Assembly (NCBI GenBank): GCA_963762285.1
Contig: CAVXKE010000017.1
Span: 97,249-161,248, forward strand
DNA from: an uncultured Alphaproteobacteria bacterium
Lineage (GTDB): Bacteria > Pseudomonadota > Alphaproteobacteria > Rhizobiales > Xanthobacteraceae
Length of the DNA stretch: 64,000 nt
Direction of reading: 5' to 3'
Shown here: one piece after another, positions 26,903 to 38,292 of the stretch
Numbering within the stretch: position 1 is the first letter of the stretch
Layout of the letters: every line of letters starts with the position of its first letter
The notes under the pieces: model-generated
Database searches by the model: none
What the model was told of the DNA's origin: nothing
Seen by the model: the letters and a program-made list of their open reading frames with translations, nothing else
Position numbers and translations under genes: made by a program

Positions 26903-29164
26903 GCGCCCGCCCTCCCCGACAAGCGCGCCCGCAGCGCATTCAGCGTCACCGCCATCGACGAGCCGGACATCGCCAGCGCGGCGATCAGCGGCGTCACCGC
27001 GCCGGCAATGGCGATCGGCACCGCGATCGCATTATAGATCGCGGCCAGCCAAAGATTCTCCTTCATCAGCGCGCGCGCGCGGCGCGCGACCACAATGGCG
27101 TCCTTGACCGGCGCCAGCCGCTCGCCCAGGAACACCGCATCGGCGTGCGCCTGCGTGACGTCGGCGGCGGCAATCGGCGACAGCGAGACATGCGCGGCGG
27201 CGAGCGCCGGCGCGTCGTTGAGGCCGTCGCCGACCATCAGCACGCGGCGGCCTTGCGTCTTCAGCGTTTCGATGAACGCGATCTTGTCCGCCGGCTTCAA
27301 CTCGCCCTGCCAGTTGGCGATGCCGAGCGTCTCGGCCACCGGCCGCACGGCGTCATTGCGGTCGCCCGACAGGATGTGCAGATCGAGCCCGCGCGCGGCC
27401 AGCGCCTCGACCACTTCCACCGCATCCGGCCGCAGCTTCTGGCTGATCGCGACGGTCGCGCAACGGCCGGCATACGAGAAATAAATATTCGACTCCCCAT
27501 TCGTCCCCGCGCCAGCGGGGACCCGGGGCGATAGACCTTTGACGTCTTGCGTTGGGCACGGGATTCGGCGCCAATGCGGGAACGAGCGGAATTTGGGTCA
27601 GCGCCTGCTCGATGCCGCAAAATTCCGCGCTGCCGAGCCGCGCTTCGACGCCGTCGATCATGACGCGCACGCCCTGCCCCGGCTCTTCGGTGGCGCCGTC
27701 GTAAGGCAGATGACTGGCGCCTTCGCGCGCCAGCGCAACCGCCAGCGGATGCCGGCTCGACAGCGCCAGCCGCGCCGCCATTTGCAGCACGTCGGGATCA
27801 AGCGTGGCGGCATTGACCACGCGCGGCTCCGGCAGCGTGAGCGTGCCGGTCTTGTCGAAGATGACGGTGTCGGCCTCGCCCAGCCGCTCGATGGCGTCGC
27901 CCGCGTTCAGGATCACGCCGGCGCGGAACAAGGCGCCCGAGGCCACCACCTGCACCGCCGGGATCGCCAGCGCCAGCGCGCAGGGACAGGTGATGATGAG
28001 CACGGCGATGGCCGTCACCACCGCGTCGTGCACCGATGCCCCCGCCAGCCACCAGCCGGCGAAGGTGAGCGCGGCGGTCGCGTGCACCAGCGGCGCATAG
28101 AAGCGCGCGGCGCGGTCGGCGAGCCGCATGGTGTGCGACTTCGCGCTCGCCGCTTTCTCCAGCAGCCGCTCGATCTCGTCCAGCAGCGTGGCGCGGTCGG
28201 CGGCGGTCACCCGCAAGGTGAGCGCGCCGGAATAATTCATGCTGCCGGCATAAAGGGTGGCGCCGGCTTCGGCCTTGCGGCGCGCGGTCTCGCCGGTGAT
28301 CAGGCTGTCGTCGATCTCCGAGACGCCGCCGAGCACCACGCCGTCGGCCGGCACCCGCTCGCCCGGCTTGACCAGCAGGCGGTCGCCCGCGTGCAGCGCC
28401 GCCACCGGCACGCTGACCAGTTCGTCGCCCGTGAAGCGGTGCGCGGTCTCCGCCTTCAAGGCCGCCAGGTTGCCGGCGACCGCCCGCGTCTTGCGGCGCA
28501 TGGCGTGATCGAGCGTGCGCCCGACCAGCAGGAACAACAGCAGCATGATGGCGGAATCGTAATAGGCGTCCTTGGCGTGATGGGCGGTCTCGACCACCGA
28601 CATGCCGAGCGCCAAGATCACGCCGAGCGAGATCGGCACGTCCATGTTGAGCGAACGCGTCCGCAGCGCGCGCCAGGCGCTCAGGAAGAACGGCCGGCCG
28701 GCATAGGCCGCCGCCGGCAGCGCGATCAGCGCCGAGGCCCAATGGAAGAAATCGCGCGTCTCCGGCGTGATGTCGGTGGCATTGCCCGACCACACCGACA
28801 CCGACAGCAGCATGATGTTCATGGCGGCGAAGGCGGCGACCGCCAGCGAGCGCGTGAGCCGGCGCATCTCGGCCGCCTCTTCCTGCTCGGCGCGCAACGG
28901 GCGGAACGGATGGCCGTGGTAGCCGATGCTCTCGAGCGTCTGCAGGATTTGCGCCGGTTCGATCGCCCCGTCCGACCAGGCCACGTGCAGCCGGCGATTG
29001 GTGAAATTGAGCCGCGCCTCGGTCACGCCCGGCAGGCGCTTCATCGCGCTTTCGATGCGCGCGATGCAGGCGCCGCAGGCGATGCCTTCGACCGCCAGAT
29101 CCATGCCGAGCGTGCCGTCGGCACCCGGCTGGGCAAAGAGCGAGAGATCGAGGGCTTCGGCCAT
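26899..29164 (-). CDS. fixI: Cu-transporting P1B ATPase FixI/CcoI; contains a REP insertion and one +1 frameshift (~27567)
   Basis: CGAC HMA domain, ITGE, CPCAL, DKTGT, SRHP, GDGLNDAP. Confidence 0.9.
27497..27589 (-). repeat. Degenerate family-B REP inside the fixI coding sequence
   Basis: Minus strand CCGCTCGTTCCCGCATTGGCGCCGAATCC...CCGGGTCCCCGCTGGCGCGGGGACGAATGG aligns with 5050-5139. Confidence 0.85.
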
Positions 29165-29192
29165 TTCAAGTTCTCACTTCGCCGCCTCACAC

Positions 29193-29324
29193 TCCGTTCA
29201 TTCCCGCGCACTCGCCGCCGCGAAGCCGAAGCGGCTTCGCTTCGGCGGAGCGGGGAGCGGGAATCCAGTGCAGCAGACTCGTCAATTGCCGCCCTGGGTC
29301 CCCGCTTGCGCGGGGACGAACGGA
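29193..29324. repeat. Family-B REP with a second hairpin module nested in its left arm
   Basis: ~45-bp insert (CTCGCCGCCGCGAAGCCGAAGCGGCTTCGCTTCGGCGGAGCGGGGAG) replaces the normal tetraloop. Confidence 0.8.
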
Positions 29325-29331
29325 CAAAATC

Positions 29332-29838
29332 TCACCTGAGCGTCACGCGGCCTTGCGAGCGGAACAGCCGCCGGTCGCCGCGATAAAGATCGACGATCAA
29401 ATCCCACTGCCCCGGCTGCGCCGCGGCCTGCCCGTGAAAGACGCCGGCCGCCACGGAGCGGATCTCAATCACGCGATCGAGCCTTTCGTCGGCCGGATGG
29501 GCGAGCCGCGCATCCGCGCGCAAACCGGCGAGCGGCGCGCCATTGGCGTCGCGCGCCGTGAGATCGAGCACCGCCTCGCCGGCGCCGTTGCGCGTGAGCT
29601 TGCCGCTGACCTGCCAATGCAGCGCGTTCTGGCGCTCCGCCACCGCCACCTCATGCTCGAATTGCAGGCCGGCCTTGTAGGAGCTCGCGGTCTCGACGCC
29701 GCCGAAGGTCGAAATCGCGGCGCGCACCAGCACCGCGTTGACGGCGAACACCACGCCGAAGAACGCAACGAACCCTAACAGCACGTGGCGTCCGGTAAGC
29801 TCGCGCAGACGGCGAGGAGTGCGGGTCGTAACCATCAA
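29332..29838 (-). CDS. fixH: FixH/CcoH
   Basis: ELTGRHVL..FVAFFGVVFAVN, GQWDL; position in fixGHIS. Confidence 0.9.
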   Translation of the reverse strand: MMVTTRTPRRLRELTGRHVLLGFVAFFGVVFAVNAVLVRAAISTFGGVETASSYKAGLQFEHEVAVAERQNALHWQVSGKLTRNGAGEAVLDLTARDANGAPLAGLRADARLAHPADERLDRVIEIRSVAAGVFHGQAAAQPGQWDLIVDLYRGDRRLFRSQGRVTLR

Positions 29839-31368
29839 TGCGTCTCCAGCCCGTGGAAATGATCGTCCTCTTCGGTCCGTTCGCCGGATGCAGTATCGGT
29901 GGCAGAGAAAGTGATCGGCGCCATGGTGATCGGGGCGGGCCCGGTATGGCTGACGACCGCACGCAGTTCGCGGGTTTGATCCGGCCCCACCGCGATCACC
30001 GAGCGGCCGTCGGCGCGCGGCGGCGTACCGACGATCTCAAGCCTGGCGCCGATCGGACCGCGGATGCTCAGCACAAACTCGCGCTCCTGCAGCCGCTTGT
30101 TAATGATGCGCAGCGTATAGCCATTGCGGACGGAGCCGTCCTTGAGCTGCACCGCCAGCGGATTGCGGTCGTGGATGACGGCGAGCGCCAGGTCCTGGCG
30201 GGTGGCCAGCGTATAAAGCATGATGGCGCCGATCACGGCGATGATTGCCGCGTAGAGCACCGTGCGGCCCCGTACAATCTTGACGAAGCCCGGCTTGCCC
30301 TCCTGCCGGCGCTTGATGTTGATGTCGGTGTCATAAGCGATGAGCCCGGTGGCGCGGCCGAGCTTCTTCATCATCGCGTTGCAGGCGTCGATGCACAGAC
30401 CGCACTGGATGCAGCCGAGATCGGCGCCGTTGCGGATATCGACGCCGGTCGGACAGACCCGCACGCACTGCTTGCAGTTGGTGCAGTCGCCGGCCGGCTC
30501 GCCCGCGCGCGCGCAGTTCCTGCGCCTTGGCAACCGCCATGCGCGGCTCGCCGCGGTCGTAGCGGTAGGTGACGTTGAGCGCGTATTCGTCGGTGAGCGC
30601 GGCCTGGATGCGCGGCCACGGGCACATATAAAGACAGACCTGCTCGCGCATGTGGCCGGCAAGCGTGTAGGTGGTGAAGGTCAGGATGCCGATGAAGGCA
30701 TAGGCGATGAACGGCGCCTGTAGCGTGGCGAGGTCTTTCACCAGCGTGGGCGCATCGGCGAAATAGAGCACCCAGGCGCCGCCGGTCCACCACGCCACCA
30801 TCAGCCAGAGAAAATGCTTCACCGCCTTGCGCGCGTAAGCCTCGGCCGTCCATTTGCGGCCGTCGCGCAGCATGTGGTCGCGGCGGTCGCCTTCGACCAG
30901 CCGCTCGATGGCGAAGAACAGATCGGTCCACACCGTCTGCGGGCACAGATAGCCGCACCAGACCCGGCCGGCGACCGCGTTCATCAGGAACAGCACGATC
31001 GACGCCACGATCAAGAGGCCGGTGATGTAATAGACTTCCTGCGGCCAGATCTCGATGAAGAAGAAATAGAAGCGGCCGCTGGACAGATCGATCAGCACCG
31101 CTTGCGTCGGCGCGTTCGGGCCGCGGTCCCAGCGCAAGAATGGCAGCACATAGTAGACGCCGAGAGTGACGAGCAGCAGCGCCCATTTGATGCGGCGGAA
31201 GGTGCCCTGCACGCTCTGCGGATAGATTTTCCGCCGCGGCGCATAGAGCGGGGCGTCGTCGCCGGGCGGCGGGGCGCCGGCTTCGGCCGCCGCTACCAGC
31301 CGCGCCAGGCCCGGCGCCGCGGGCGCCGCCTGATCGAGCGACAAGGTGCGGACGGCCTGCACAATCAC
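29835..31368 (-). CDS. fixG: FixG/CcoG 4Fe-4S protein; +1 frameshift ~30503
   Basis: GRVWCGYLCPQT, VCLYMCPWPRIQ, CTNCKQCVRVCP, CIQCGLCIDAC. Confidence 0.92.
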
Positions 31369-32243
31369 TTCTCTCCACCGCCGAAGCTATAAACGTACAC
31401 GACCAGCGCCTTGATGATGGGCTCGCTCAGGCGGCCCTGCCAGGCCGGCATCTTGCCGCCGCGCCCATTTTGCAGGCCCTGCACGATGGTTTCCTTGTCG
31501 GACCCGTAGAGCCAGATCTTGTCGGTGAGATTGGGCGCGCCCAATTCGCGATTGCCCTTGCCCTCCGCCCCGTGACAGGTCACGCAATTGTCGGCGTACA
31601 CCTTCTTGCCGAGCGCGAGATCGGCGCCCGTTTCCACGGGCAGACCGGACAGCGTGCGCACAAAATCCGCCACCGATGAAATCTCGTTCGGCTTCAGCAT
31701 ATTGTCGCGGCCGAACGCCGGCATGTTGCCCTCGTGGTCGTCTTTGTCGCCGGAGCGGGCGCCGTGCCGGACGGTCTGCTCGATCTCGGCGAGCTTGCCG
31801 CCCCACAGCCAATCGTCGTCGTTGAGATTCGGATAGCCCCTGGCCCCGCCGCCGCCGGCGCCATGACAGGGCGCGCAATTGTCGGCGAAGGCCACGCGCC
31901 CCTGCGCGCGGGCGAAATCGGTGAGTTGCGGATCGCTGACGATGTCGGCAACCGATGCGCTGGTCAGCTTGTCCATCATCGGCCCGCGCAGCAGCTTGAG
32001 CTGCTCGATGTCGGCGACCACCGCGCTGCGCGAATGCCAGCCGAAGGTGCCCTGCGTCGACGACGTCAGCAGCGGCCAGGCCGGGTAGACCACCCAATAG
32101 CCGATCGCCCAGATAATGGTGGCGTAGAACGTCCACAGCCACCAGCGCGGCAACGGCGTATTGAGCTCGTGGATGCCGTCCCAGTCATGGCCGGTGGTCG
32201 CGGTGCCGGTCAGCGGGTCGATTTCCTTGTGTTCTTCTGCCAC
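31365..32243 (-). CDS. fixP: cbb3-type cytochrome c oxidase subunit III
   Basis: TTGHDWDGI, PLPRWW, two CxxCH (CAPCH, CVTCH). Confidence 0.95.
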   Translation of the reverse strand: MAEEHKEIDPLTGTATTGHDWDGIHELNTPLPRWWLWTFYATIIWAIGYWVVYPAWPLLTSSTQGTFGWHSRSAVVADIEQLKLLRGPMMDKLTSASVADIVSDPQLTDFARAQGRVAFADNCAPCHGAGGGGARGYPNLNDDDWLWGGKLAEIEQTVRHGARSGDKDDHEGNMPAFGRDNMLKPNEISSVADFVRTLSGLPVETGADLALGKKVYADNCVTCHGAEGKGNRELGAPNLTDKIWLYGSDKETIVQGLQNGRGGKMPAWQGRLSEPIIKALVVYVYSFGGGEK

Positions 32244-32246
32244 GAC

Positions 32247-32402
32247 TTAATCCTCCCGCAGCGGAATGCGCGCCGCTTCGTCGAACTGCTTCTGGCGCGA
32301 AGGCCACAGCGCATAGAGCAGCACCAGCACGAAAATGACGACGAAATAAGCGAGACCCCAGGTCTGCGCGAATTCGGCCACGGCCTTATAGGTTTCGTCC
32401 AT
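32247..32402 (-). CDS. fixQ: cbb3-type oxidase subunit FixQ/CcoQ
   Basis: Hand translation MDETYKAVAEFAQTWGLAYFVVIFVLVLLYALWPSRQKQFDEAARIPLRED*. Confidence 0.92.
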   Translation of the reverse strand: MDETYKAVAEFAQTWGLAYFVVIFVLVLLYALWPSRQKQFDEAARIPLRED

Positions 32403-32407
32403 CGCGG

Positions 32408-33142
32408 TCACCGGATGTTGGCTTTATCGTCGTACAGCTTGAAATCCACTTCCGTGCCGAGCATCTGCAGATAGGCGATCAGCGCGTCAGCTTCGGTAAT
32501 GCGGCGGGGATTGCCGTCGAAGTCGCGCGCCTGCGCTTTCGGGTAGCGCTTGGCGAGATCGGCGGCGTCGGGGCTGTCGGTCGTCGCCTGCGTCACGACG
32601 TCGGCGGTGGCGTGGGCGATCATGTCGGCGCTATAGGGCACGCCGAGCAGCGCCTGCACCTTCAAATCCTCGGCGAGGTGCTGGTAGTCGAGATCGGTCT
32701 CAGCCAGAAAGCCATAGTTCGGCATTACCGAGCCGGGCACCACCGAGCGCGGATCGCGCATGTGGTCGCGATGCCAGTCATCGGAATATTTGCCGCCGAC
32801 GCGGGCGAGATCGGGCCCGGTGCGCTTCGAGCCCCACTGGAACGGCTTGTCATACATGCTCTCGGCGGCGAGCGAATAATGCCCGTAGCGCTCGACCTCG
32901 TCGCGCAGCGGCCGGATCATCTGCGAATGGCACAGATAGCAGCCCTCGCGCACATAGATGTTGCGGCCGGCGAGTTCGAGCGGCGTGTAGGGCCGCACGC
33001 CGTCCACCTTCTCGATCGTGTTCTTGAGATAGAACAGCGGCACGATCTCGACCAGGCCGCCGATCGCGATCACGATCAGGATGCCGATGACGAGAATGAT
33101 CGAGTTCTTCTCGAAGATGGCGTGTTTCTGCCAAAGCGACAT
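32408..33142 (-). CDS. fixO: cbb3-type cytochrome c oxidase subunit II
   Basis: [26 protein letters not shown]. Confidence 0.96.
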   Translation of the reverse strand: MSLWQKHAIFEKNSIILVIGILIVIAIGGLVEIVPLFYLKNTIEKVDGVRPYTPLELAGRNIYVREGCYLCHSQMIRPLRDEVERYGHYSLAAESMYDKPFQWGSKRTGPDLARVGGKYSDDWHRDHMRDPRSVVPGSVMPNYGFLAETDLDYQHLAEDLKVQALLGVPYSADMIAHATADVVTQATTDSPDAADLAKRYPKAQARDFDGNPRRITEADALIAYLQMLGTEVDFKLYDDKANIR

Positions 33143-33154
33143 TTTCGTCCCCGC

Positions 33155-34804
33155 CTATTCCGCCGGCGCCAGCGCGAGGCCGGCTTCTTCGGCGGCTTCC
33201 GCCGAGTTCACGGTTTTCCAGAGGTTCCACGCCATGATCACCCCACCGACAAGGAACAGGAACCCGCCGAGCGCGCGAATGACGTAGAACCAATGCATCG
33301 CTTCCACCGTCTCGACGAACGAGTATTCGAGAAAGCCGAGCGAGGTGTAGGCGCGCCACATCAGGCCCTGCAGGATGCCCGACACCCACATGGCGGTGAT
33401 GTAGAGCACGATGCCGATGGTCGAGATCCAGAAATGCCAGTCCACCAGCTTGAGCGAGTACAGCCTGCGATTCCACAGCCACGGCACCAGGCAGTAGATC
33501 GCGCCGAACGAGATGTAGGCGACCCAGCCGAGCGCGCCGGAATGCACGTGGCCGATGGTCCAGTCGGTGTAGTGGCTGAGTGAATTGACGATCTTCACCG
33601 ACATCATCGGACCTTCAAAGGTCGACATGCCGTAGAACGCAACCGACACCACCATCATGCGCAGCACCGGATCGGTGCGCAGCTTGTCCCAGGCGCCGGA
33701 CAGCGTCATGATTCCGTTGATCATGCCGCCCCAGGACGGCATCCACAGCATGATGGAGAAGGTCATGCCCAGCGTCTGCGCCCAGTCCGGCAGCGCGGTG
33801 TAGTGCAGATGATGCGGACCGGCCCAGATGTAGAGGAAGATCAGCGCCCAGAAGTGGATGATCGACAGACGATAGCTGTAGACCGGCCGGTTACAGCGCT
33901 TCGGGATGAAGTAATACATGATGGCGAGGAAGCCGGCGGTGAGGAAGAAGCCGACCGCGTTGTGGCCGTACCACCACTGCACCATGGCGTCCTGCACGCC
34001 CGACCAGACGATGTAGGACTTCGACGAGAACAGCGACACCGGCACCGCCGCGTTGTTGCCGAGATGCAGCACCGCGATGGTCAGGATGAAGGCGAGATAG
34101 AACCAGTTGGCGACGTAAATGTGCGGCTCGGTGCGCCGCATGATGGTGCCGAGATAAACCAGGAAATAGGTCACCCACACGATCGTCAGCCAGAGGTCGG
34201 CGTACCATTCCGGCTCGGCGTATTCCTTCGACTGCGTGATGCCGAGCAGATAGCCGGTGCCGGCGATCACGATGAAGAAATTGTAGCCGAGCACGACGAA
34301 CCAGGGCGCCAGATCGCCGGCGAGCCGCGCGCGGCAGGTGCGTTGCACGACATAGAACGAGGTGGCGAGCAGCACGTTGCCGCCGAAGGCGAAGATCACC
34401 GCCGAGGTGTGTAAGGGACGCAAGCGCCCGAAGCTGATCCAGGGCAAATCGAGATTGAGGAAGGGAAACGCCAGCTCGCAGGCGATGTAGAGCCCGACGG
34501 TGAATCCGGCGATGCCCCAGAACACCGCGGCGACGGTCGCGAACTTGACCGGGCCCATGTTGTAGTTGGGCTTGCCGTCGACGGTCAGCGGCGGCGCTGC
34601 GGCCGGACGGTCGTAGTAGCGATTGATGATCGCGAACACCGCGGCGATGCTGCCGGCGGTGAAAAGATAGGCATGAAACGCGTATTCCGGCGTATAGGCC
34701 TTGGCCGCGATCACGATCGAAAGCACGGCCAGGCCAGCGAAGACCAGCGCCAGGCCTCCCTCGCCGAGGGTCATGGTTTTTTGAGGAGCGAGCGCGTTCG
34801 CCAT
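33155..34804 (-). CDS. fixN: cbb3-type cytochrome c oxidase subunit I
   Basis: [29 protein letters not shown]. Confidence 0.97.
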   Translation of the reverse strand: MANALAPQKTMTLGEGGLALVFAGLAVLSIVIAAKAYTPEYAFHAYLFTAGSIAAVFAIINRYYDRPAAAPPLTVDGKPNYNMGPVKFATVAAVFWGIAGFTVGLYIACELAFPFLNLDLPWISFGRLRPLHTSAVIFAFGGNVLLATSFYVVQRTCRARLAGDLAPWFVVLGYNFFIVIAGTGYLLGITQSKEYAEPEWYADLWLTIVWVTYFLVYLGTIMRRTEPHIYVANWFYLAFILTIAVLHLGNNAAVPVSLFSSKSYIVWSGVQDAMVQWWYGHNAVGFFLTAGFLAIMYYFIPKRCNRPVYSYRLSIIHFWALIFLYIWAGPHHLHYTALPDWAQTLGMTFSIMLWMPSWGGMINGIMTLSGAWDKLRTDPVLRMMVVSVAFYGMSTFEGPMMSVKIVNSLSHYTDWTIGHVHSGALGWVAYISFGAIYCLVPWLWNRRLYSLKLVDWHFWISTIGIVLYITAMWVSGILQGLMWRAYTSLGFLEYSFVETVEAMHWFYVIRALGGFLFLVGGVIMAWNLWKTVNSAEAAEEAGLALAPAE

Positions 34805-34885
34805 GCTGCTATCCCGTTGTCTGGCTGGCCTGGAAAAACGAAAGGCCCGGCAAAATAAATATCGGCCAAGGCCCCGGTAGCCCTT

Positions 34886-34899
34886 TTGACGCAGGTCAA
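34886..34899 (-). promoter_or_regulatory. FixK/FNR box TTGAC-GCAG-GTCAA upstream of fixN
   Basis: TTGA-N6-TCAA consensus. Confidence 0.85.
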
Positions 34900-34941
34900 A
34901 TAAGCCGCTGCGGCAGCACTGAAATTGCGTGGAATGACGAT

Positions 34942-34980
34942 AAAAAGCATGCCCCGCGGCTCGCTCCAGCCGCGGGGCAC
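34942..34980 (-). terminator. Rho-independent terminator after hsp20
   Basis: Minus strand: TGCCCCGCGGCT/AGCCGCGGGGCA stem followed by a T-run. Confidence 0.75.
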
Positions 34981-35020
34981 GCCATTAGCGAGACCAAGAC
35001 TTAAACTGCAACCGCTTGTA

Positions 35021-35500
35021 CTAGGCGGCCGTCTTGACTTCGACCTTTTTCACTTGCGCCGGCGCCGGTTTCGGCACGGTCACCTTGAGCACGCCTTTTT
35101 CAATGCTGGCTTTGATGGCGTCAGCATTGACCCCTTCCGGCAGCTCGAGCGAGCGCATGAACGATCCGTAGCTGCGCTCGACCAGCCGATGGGTCTGGTC
35201 CTTCTCTTCCTTTTCCGCCTTCTTCTCGCCGCGGATGGTGAGCACGTTATCGGCGACGTTGACCTGCACGTCCTTTTCCTCGAGGCCGGGCAGTTCGGCG
35301 GTGATCTCGATTTGCTTGTCGGTTTCCGTCACGTCCATATTCGGCAGCAATTCGGTGCCGCCGCCGCTGGAAATCGCGGGGAAGCCGCGGGTGAAGTCGT
35401 CGAACAGCCGGTCAATCTGCCGTTGCAGCGACATGAACGGATCATCGCTGCGCGCAACATTGCGGTCGCGGCCGACCGGCATCAGGGATCTGAGATTCAT
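35021..35500 (-). CDS. Hsp20/alpha-crystallin small heat-shock protein
   Basis: AELPG, LTIRGEK, ERSYGSF.RS, GVLKVTVPK. Confidence 0.93.
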   Translation of the reverse strand: MNLRSLMPVGRDRNVARSDDPFMSLQRQIDRLFDDFTRGFPAISSGGGTELLPNMDVTETDKQIEITAELPGLEEKDVQVNVADNVLTIRGEKKAEKEEKDQTHRLVERSYGSFMRSLELPEGVNADAIKASIEKGVLKVTVPKPAPAQVKKVEVKTAA

Positions 35501-35576
35501 GGGAAACCTCCGCATTTTGCGGCGCCATCTTTTCGTGGCGTCGGCATCCTCAATACACGATCGCCCCGCGCGCGCC

Positions 35577-35590
35577 TTGCGCCAGGTCAA
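35577..35590 (-). promoter_or_regulatory. FixK-type box (TTGA-CCTGGC-GCAA on minus strand) upstream of hsp20
   Basis: One mismatch to TTGA-N6-TCAA. Confidence 0.6.
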
Positions 35591-35648
35591 AATGACCGAA
35601 ATATAGAGTATCCGCGCCGCCGGCACCGCTACGGATATGGTCGCGCCG

Positions 35649-36371
35649 TCAATGCGTTAGCGAGTCATTCGCCGGTTCGATGGTCATCCCCGAGGTCGGC
35701 TCGATCCAGACCAGGTGGTCCTTCACTTCCTTGACGCCGGCTATGTTTTCGGCGGCCACTTTAAGCGCGTCGCGCTGACGTTCATCGATGATCACGCCCC
35801 ACAACTCGACCACGCCATCATGCACCACGACGTTGGCGGTCGCCGCCGGCGCCCATTGCTCTTTTTGTATTTCCTTCAGCAGCTGCTCCCGAATGGCGGC
35901 ATCGTCCTTGGCGGCGGGCTGCGCCACGCGCGCCAGACTGACCATGGCATGCATGAGATTGGAGCGCGTGATGATGCCGACCACCAGGCCGCCGCATATG
36001 ACCGGCACACGCTTGATGCGACGGCGCTCCATGACATCCACAATGTCTTCGAGCGGCGTGGCGACATCGACGGTCTGCACGTCGCGGGTCATCACTTCGG
36101 CGACCTTGCTGCCGTGCGAATGGCTGTATTCGGCGGCGATCTTGCCCGGGCCCATCAGGAATTCGAGCCAGCGCGAGCGCCGCCGTTCGGTCCTGGTCTC
36201 GCGCCGGCGCAGGAAGTCGCCCTCCGACAGCACGCCGACCAGGGTGCCGCTCTTGTCGATCACCGGCAGGCCGCTGATATGATGCTGGAGCATCAGCCGC
36301 GCGGCCTGCAACACCGTTGCATCCGGATCGATCGAGATCACGTCGCGGGTCATCACGTCTTCGGCTTTCAT
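35649..36371 (-). CDS. CBS-pair plus BON domain protein
   Basis: DVMTRDV, ISGLPV, IKRVPV; C-terminal VHDGVVELWG..AENIAGV. Confidence 0.9.
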   Translation of the reverse strand: MKAEDVMTRDVISIDPDATVLQAARLMLQHHISGLPVIDKSGTLVGVLSEGDFLRRRETRTERRRSRWLEFLMGPGKIAAEYSHSHGSKVAEVMTRDVQTVDVATPLEDIVDVMERRRIKRVPVICGGLVVGIITRSNLMHAMVSLARVAQPAAKDDAAIREQLLKEIQKEQWAPAATANVVVHDGVVELWGVIIDERQRDALKVAAENIAGVKEVKDHLVWIEPTSGMTIEPANDSLTH

Positions 36372-36427
36372 GGCGGCCTCCATCGCTAATTCGCGAGCCA
36401 TGTCAGCACGAAAACCGTGGGAAGCCG

Positions 36428-36441
36428 TTGATTCAGGTCAA
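36428..36441 (-). promoter_or_regulatory. FixK/FNR box TTGAT-TCAG-GTCAA upstream of the CBS-BON gene
   Basis: Consensus match. Confidence 0.8.
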
Positions 36442-36719
36442 TCGGGAGACGAGCCCCGGCAGCGGCGTCCGGCTGCGCCCGGCCCCCCGCGATCGCGCGG
36501 CCTTCGACGTCCGCCGTGCCAGCGCCGGCTCCGGTGGCTATTAGAAACAAACGGCGGTGAAAGCCTCAGTGCGGCAAAGGTGGGCAACCATGTGGGCAGC
36601 GCGCGACGCCATTGCCCTCCCAATTCATCTGGCGTTAGCCTCGGCAGCGGCAGTGGTCGCCTCTGCAAACCAACAAAAACCTCGCCCGCGACGCGAGACA
36701 ATCATGGGAGAAACAAGCC

Positions 36720-38150
36720 ATGCGCAAGGATGGATTTGACCGGCGTTCGATTCTCACCGCAACGACGGCGCTCGGCGCCGCCGGCCTGTTGCCGCGCGGC
36801 GCCTTGGCGCAAGCCGCGGCGCCGGGCTCGCGCCCGGCCGCTGCGCTGCCCGCGCGCGGCGAATTCGTGGTGCGCGGCGCCCACGTGCTCTCGATGGACG
36901 ACAAGATCGGCGATCTGCCGGGCGGCGACGTGCATGTGCGCGACGGCGCGATTGTCGCGGTCGCGGCGAGCGTGAACGCGCCGGGCGCGCAAGTCATCGA
37001 CGGCAAGGGCATGATCTGCATGCCCGGTTTCGTCGACACGCATTGGCACCACTGGACGACCTTCCTGCGTCCGCTCATGCGCGCCGACGATCCGAAGCGC
37101 ACCTATTTCCCGGTCACCTTCGCAGTCGGCCTGCACTACACGCCGGAGGACAGTTACCGCGCCGTGCGGCTTGGCCTCGCCGAAGCGCTCAGCGCCGGCG
37201 TCACCACCACGCACAACTGGGCGCACAATGTGCGCAGCCCGGCGCATGCCGACGCCGAGGTGCAGGCGATGCGCGATGCCGGTATCCGCGGACGCTTCGC
37301 CTATGGCCCTGCCCTCGGCATGCCGAACGACAAGCCGATGGATCTCGCCGACTGGGCGCGGCTCAAGCGCGACGTCGGCAAGGACGACATGATCTCGCTC
37401 GGCATCTGCTCGCGCAATATCGACGGCAGCAACACCGCGCGCGGCGCCATCAATGCCGACATGGCCAAGAAGGAATGGGGCGCGGCGCGCGATCTCGGCC
37501 TGCCGATCACGCTGCACACCAATGGCAGCGCCTCGATCCAGCTCTTGAACGAGGCGAACCTGCTCGGCCCCGACGTGCAGCTCGTTCACCCGCTGAATAC
37601 CAACGCCGCGGACTGGGACGTGCTGGCCAAGCACAACGTCCATTACAGCTTGTCGCCGCTCGGCGAAGCCGGGCGCTCCGGCGAGATGCAGTTCCCGGAA
37701 CTGCTGCAGGCGGGCGTGCTGGTGAGCATGTCGATCGACAATGTCACCGCCGAACGCTGCGACTGCTTCGCCTGCATGCACATGATGCAAACGATCAACC
37801 GGCACCGCACCGGCGGCAAGATAAAGATAACGACCAAGCGCCTGGTGCAGATAGCCACCATCGACGGCGCCAAGGACCTAGGCCTTGCCGACAAGACCGG
37901 TTCGCTGACGCCGGGCAAGCGCGCCGACCTGATCCTGGTGCGGACCAGCGCGCCCAGCATGTCGATGATCGGCGACCCCTATGACGCGCTGGTGCAACTG
38001 GCGCAGCCGTCGGACGTCGACACCGTCGTGGTGGACGGCCGCATCCTGCGCCGCAAGGGCGAGTTCACCGCGCTCGATCATGAGAAAGTGATCCGCGAGG
38101 CAGCGGACGCGGTCGCGGCGCTCCAAGCCCGCGCCAAATGGCCGGCGTGA
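36720..38150 (+). CDS. Tat-exported amidohydrolase (deaminase-like)
   Basis: DRRSIL Tat signal; MPGFVDTHWH, TLH, LVH, SID, GSLTPGKRADL. Confidence 0.87.
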   Translation: MRKDGFDRRSILTATTALGAAGLLPRGALAQAAAPGSRPAAALPARGEFVVRGAHVLSMDDKIGDLPGGDVHVRDGAIVAVAASVNAPGAQVIDGKGMICMPGFVDTHWHHWTTFLRPLMRADDPKRTYFPVTFAVGLHYTPEDSYRAVRLGLAEALSAGVTTTHNWAHNVRSPAHADAEVQAMRDAGIRGRFAYGPALGMPNDKPMDLADWARLKRDVGKDDMISLGICSRNIDGSNTARGAINADMAKKEWGAARDLGLPITLHTNGSASIQLLNEANLLGPDVQLVHPLNTNAADWDVLAKHNVHYSLSPLGEAGRSGEMQFPELLQAGVLVSMSIDNVTAERCDCFACMHMMQTINRHRTGGKIKITTKRLVQIATIDGAKDLGLADKTGSLTPGKRADLILVRTSAPSMSMIGDPYDALVQLAQPSDVDTVVVDGRILRRKGEFTALDHEKVIREAADAVAALQARAKWPA

Positions 38151-38160
38151 GGGCACGGCC

Positions 38161-38199
38161 AAAAGAAAATGCCCCGGCAGAAGTATGCCGGGGCAGTTT
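38161..38199. terminator. Probable bidirectional terminator between amidohydrolase and fixK
   Basis: A-run, TGCCCCGGCA/TGCCGGGGCA stem, GTTT. Confidence 0.7.
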
Positions 38200-38292
38200 G
38201 CCGAACTGGAGTCAGGGAGAACGAAGTTCGGCGTTAAACTCTATCCACTGCGCACGATCCGAAACCGATTTCCGCGTTTCGGGACCGGCGCG

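Noticed and set aside
29164-29335. Coupling mini-ORF across the REP between fixH and fixI
   Set aside because: The GTG overlapping the fixH stop terminates after 17 codons; this is a counter-example to the bridging pattern
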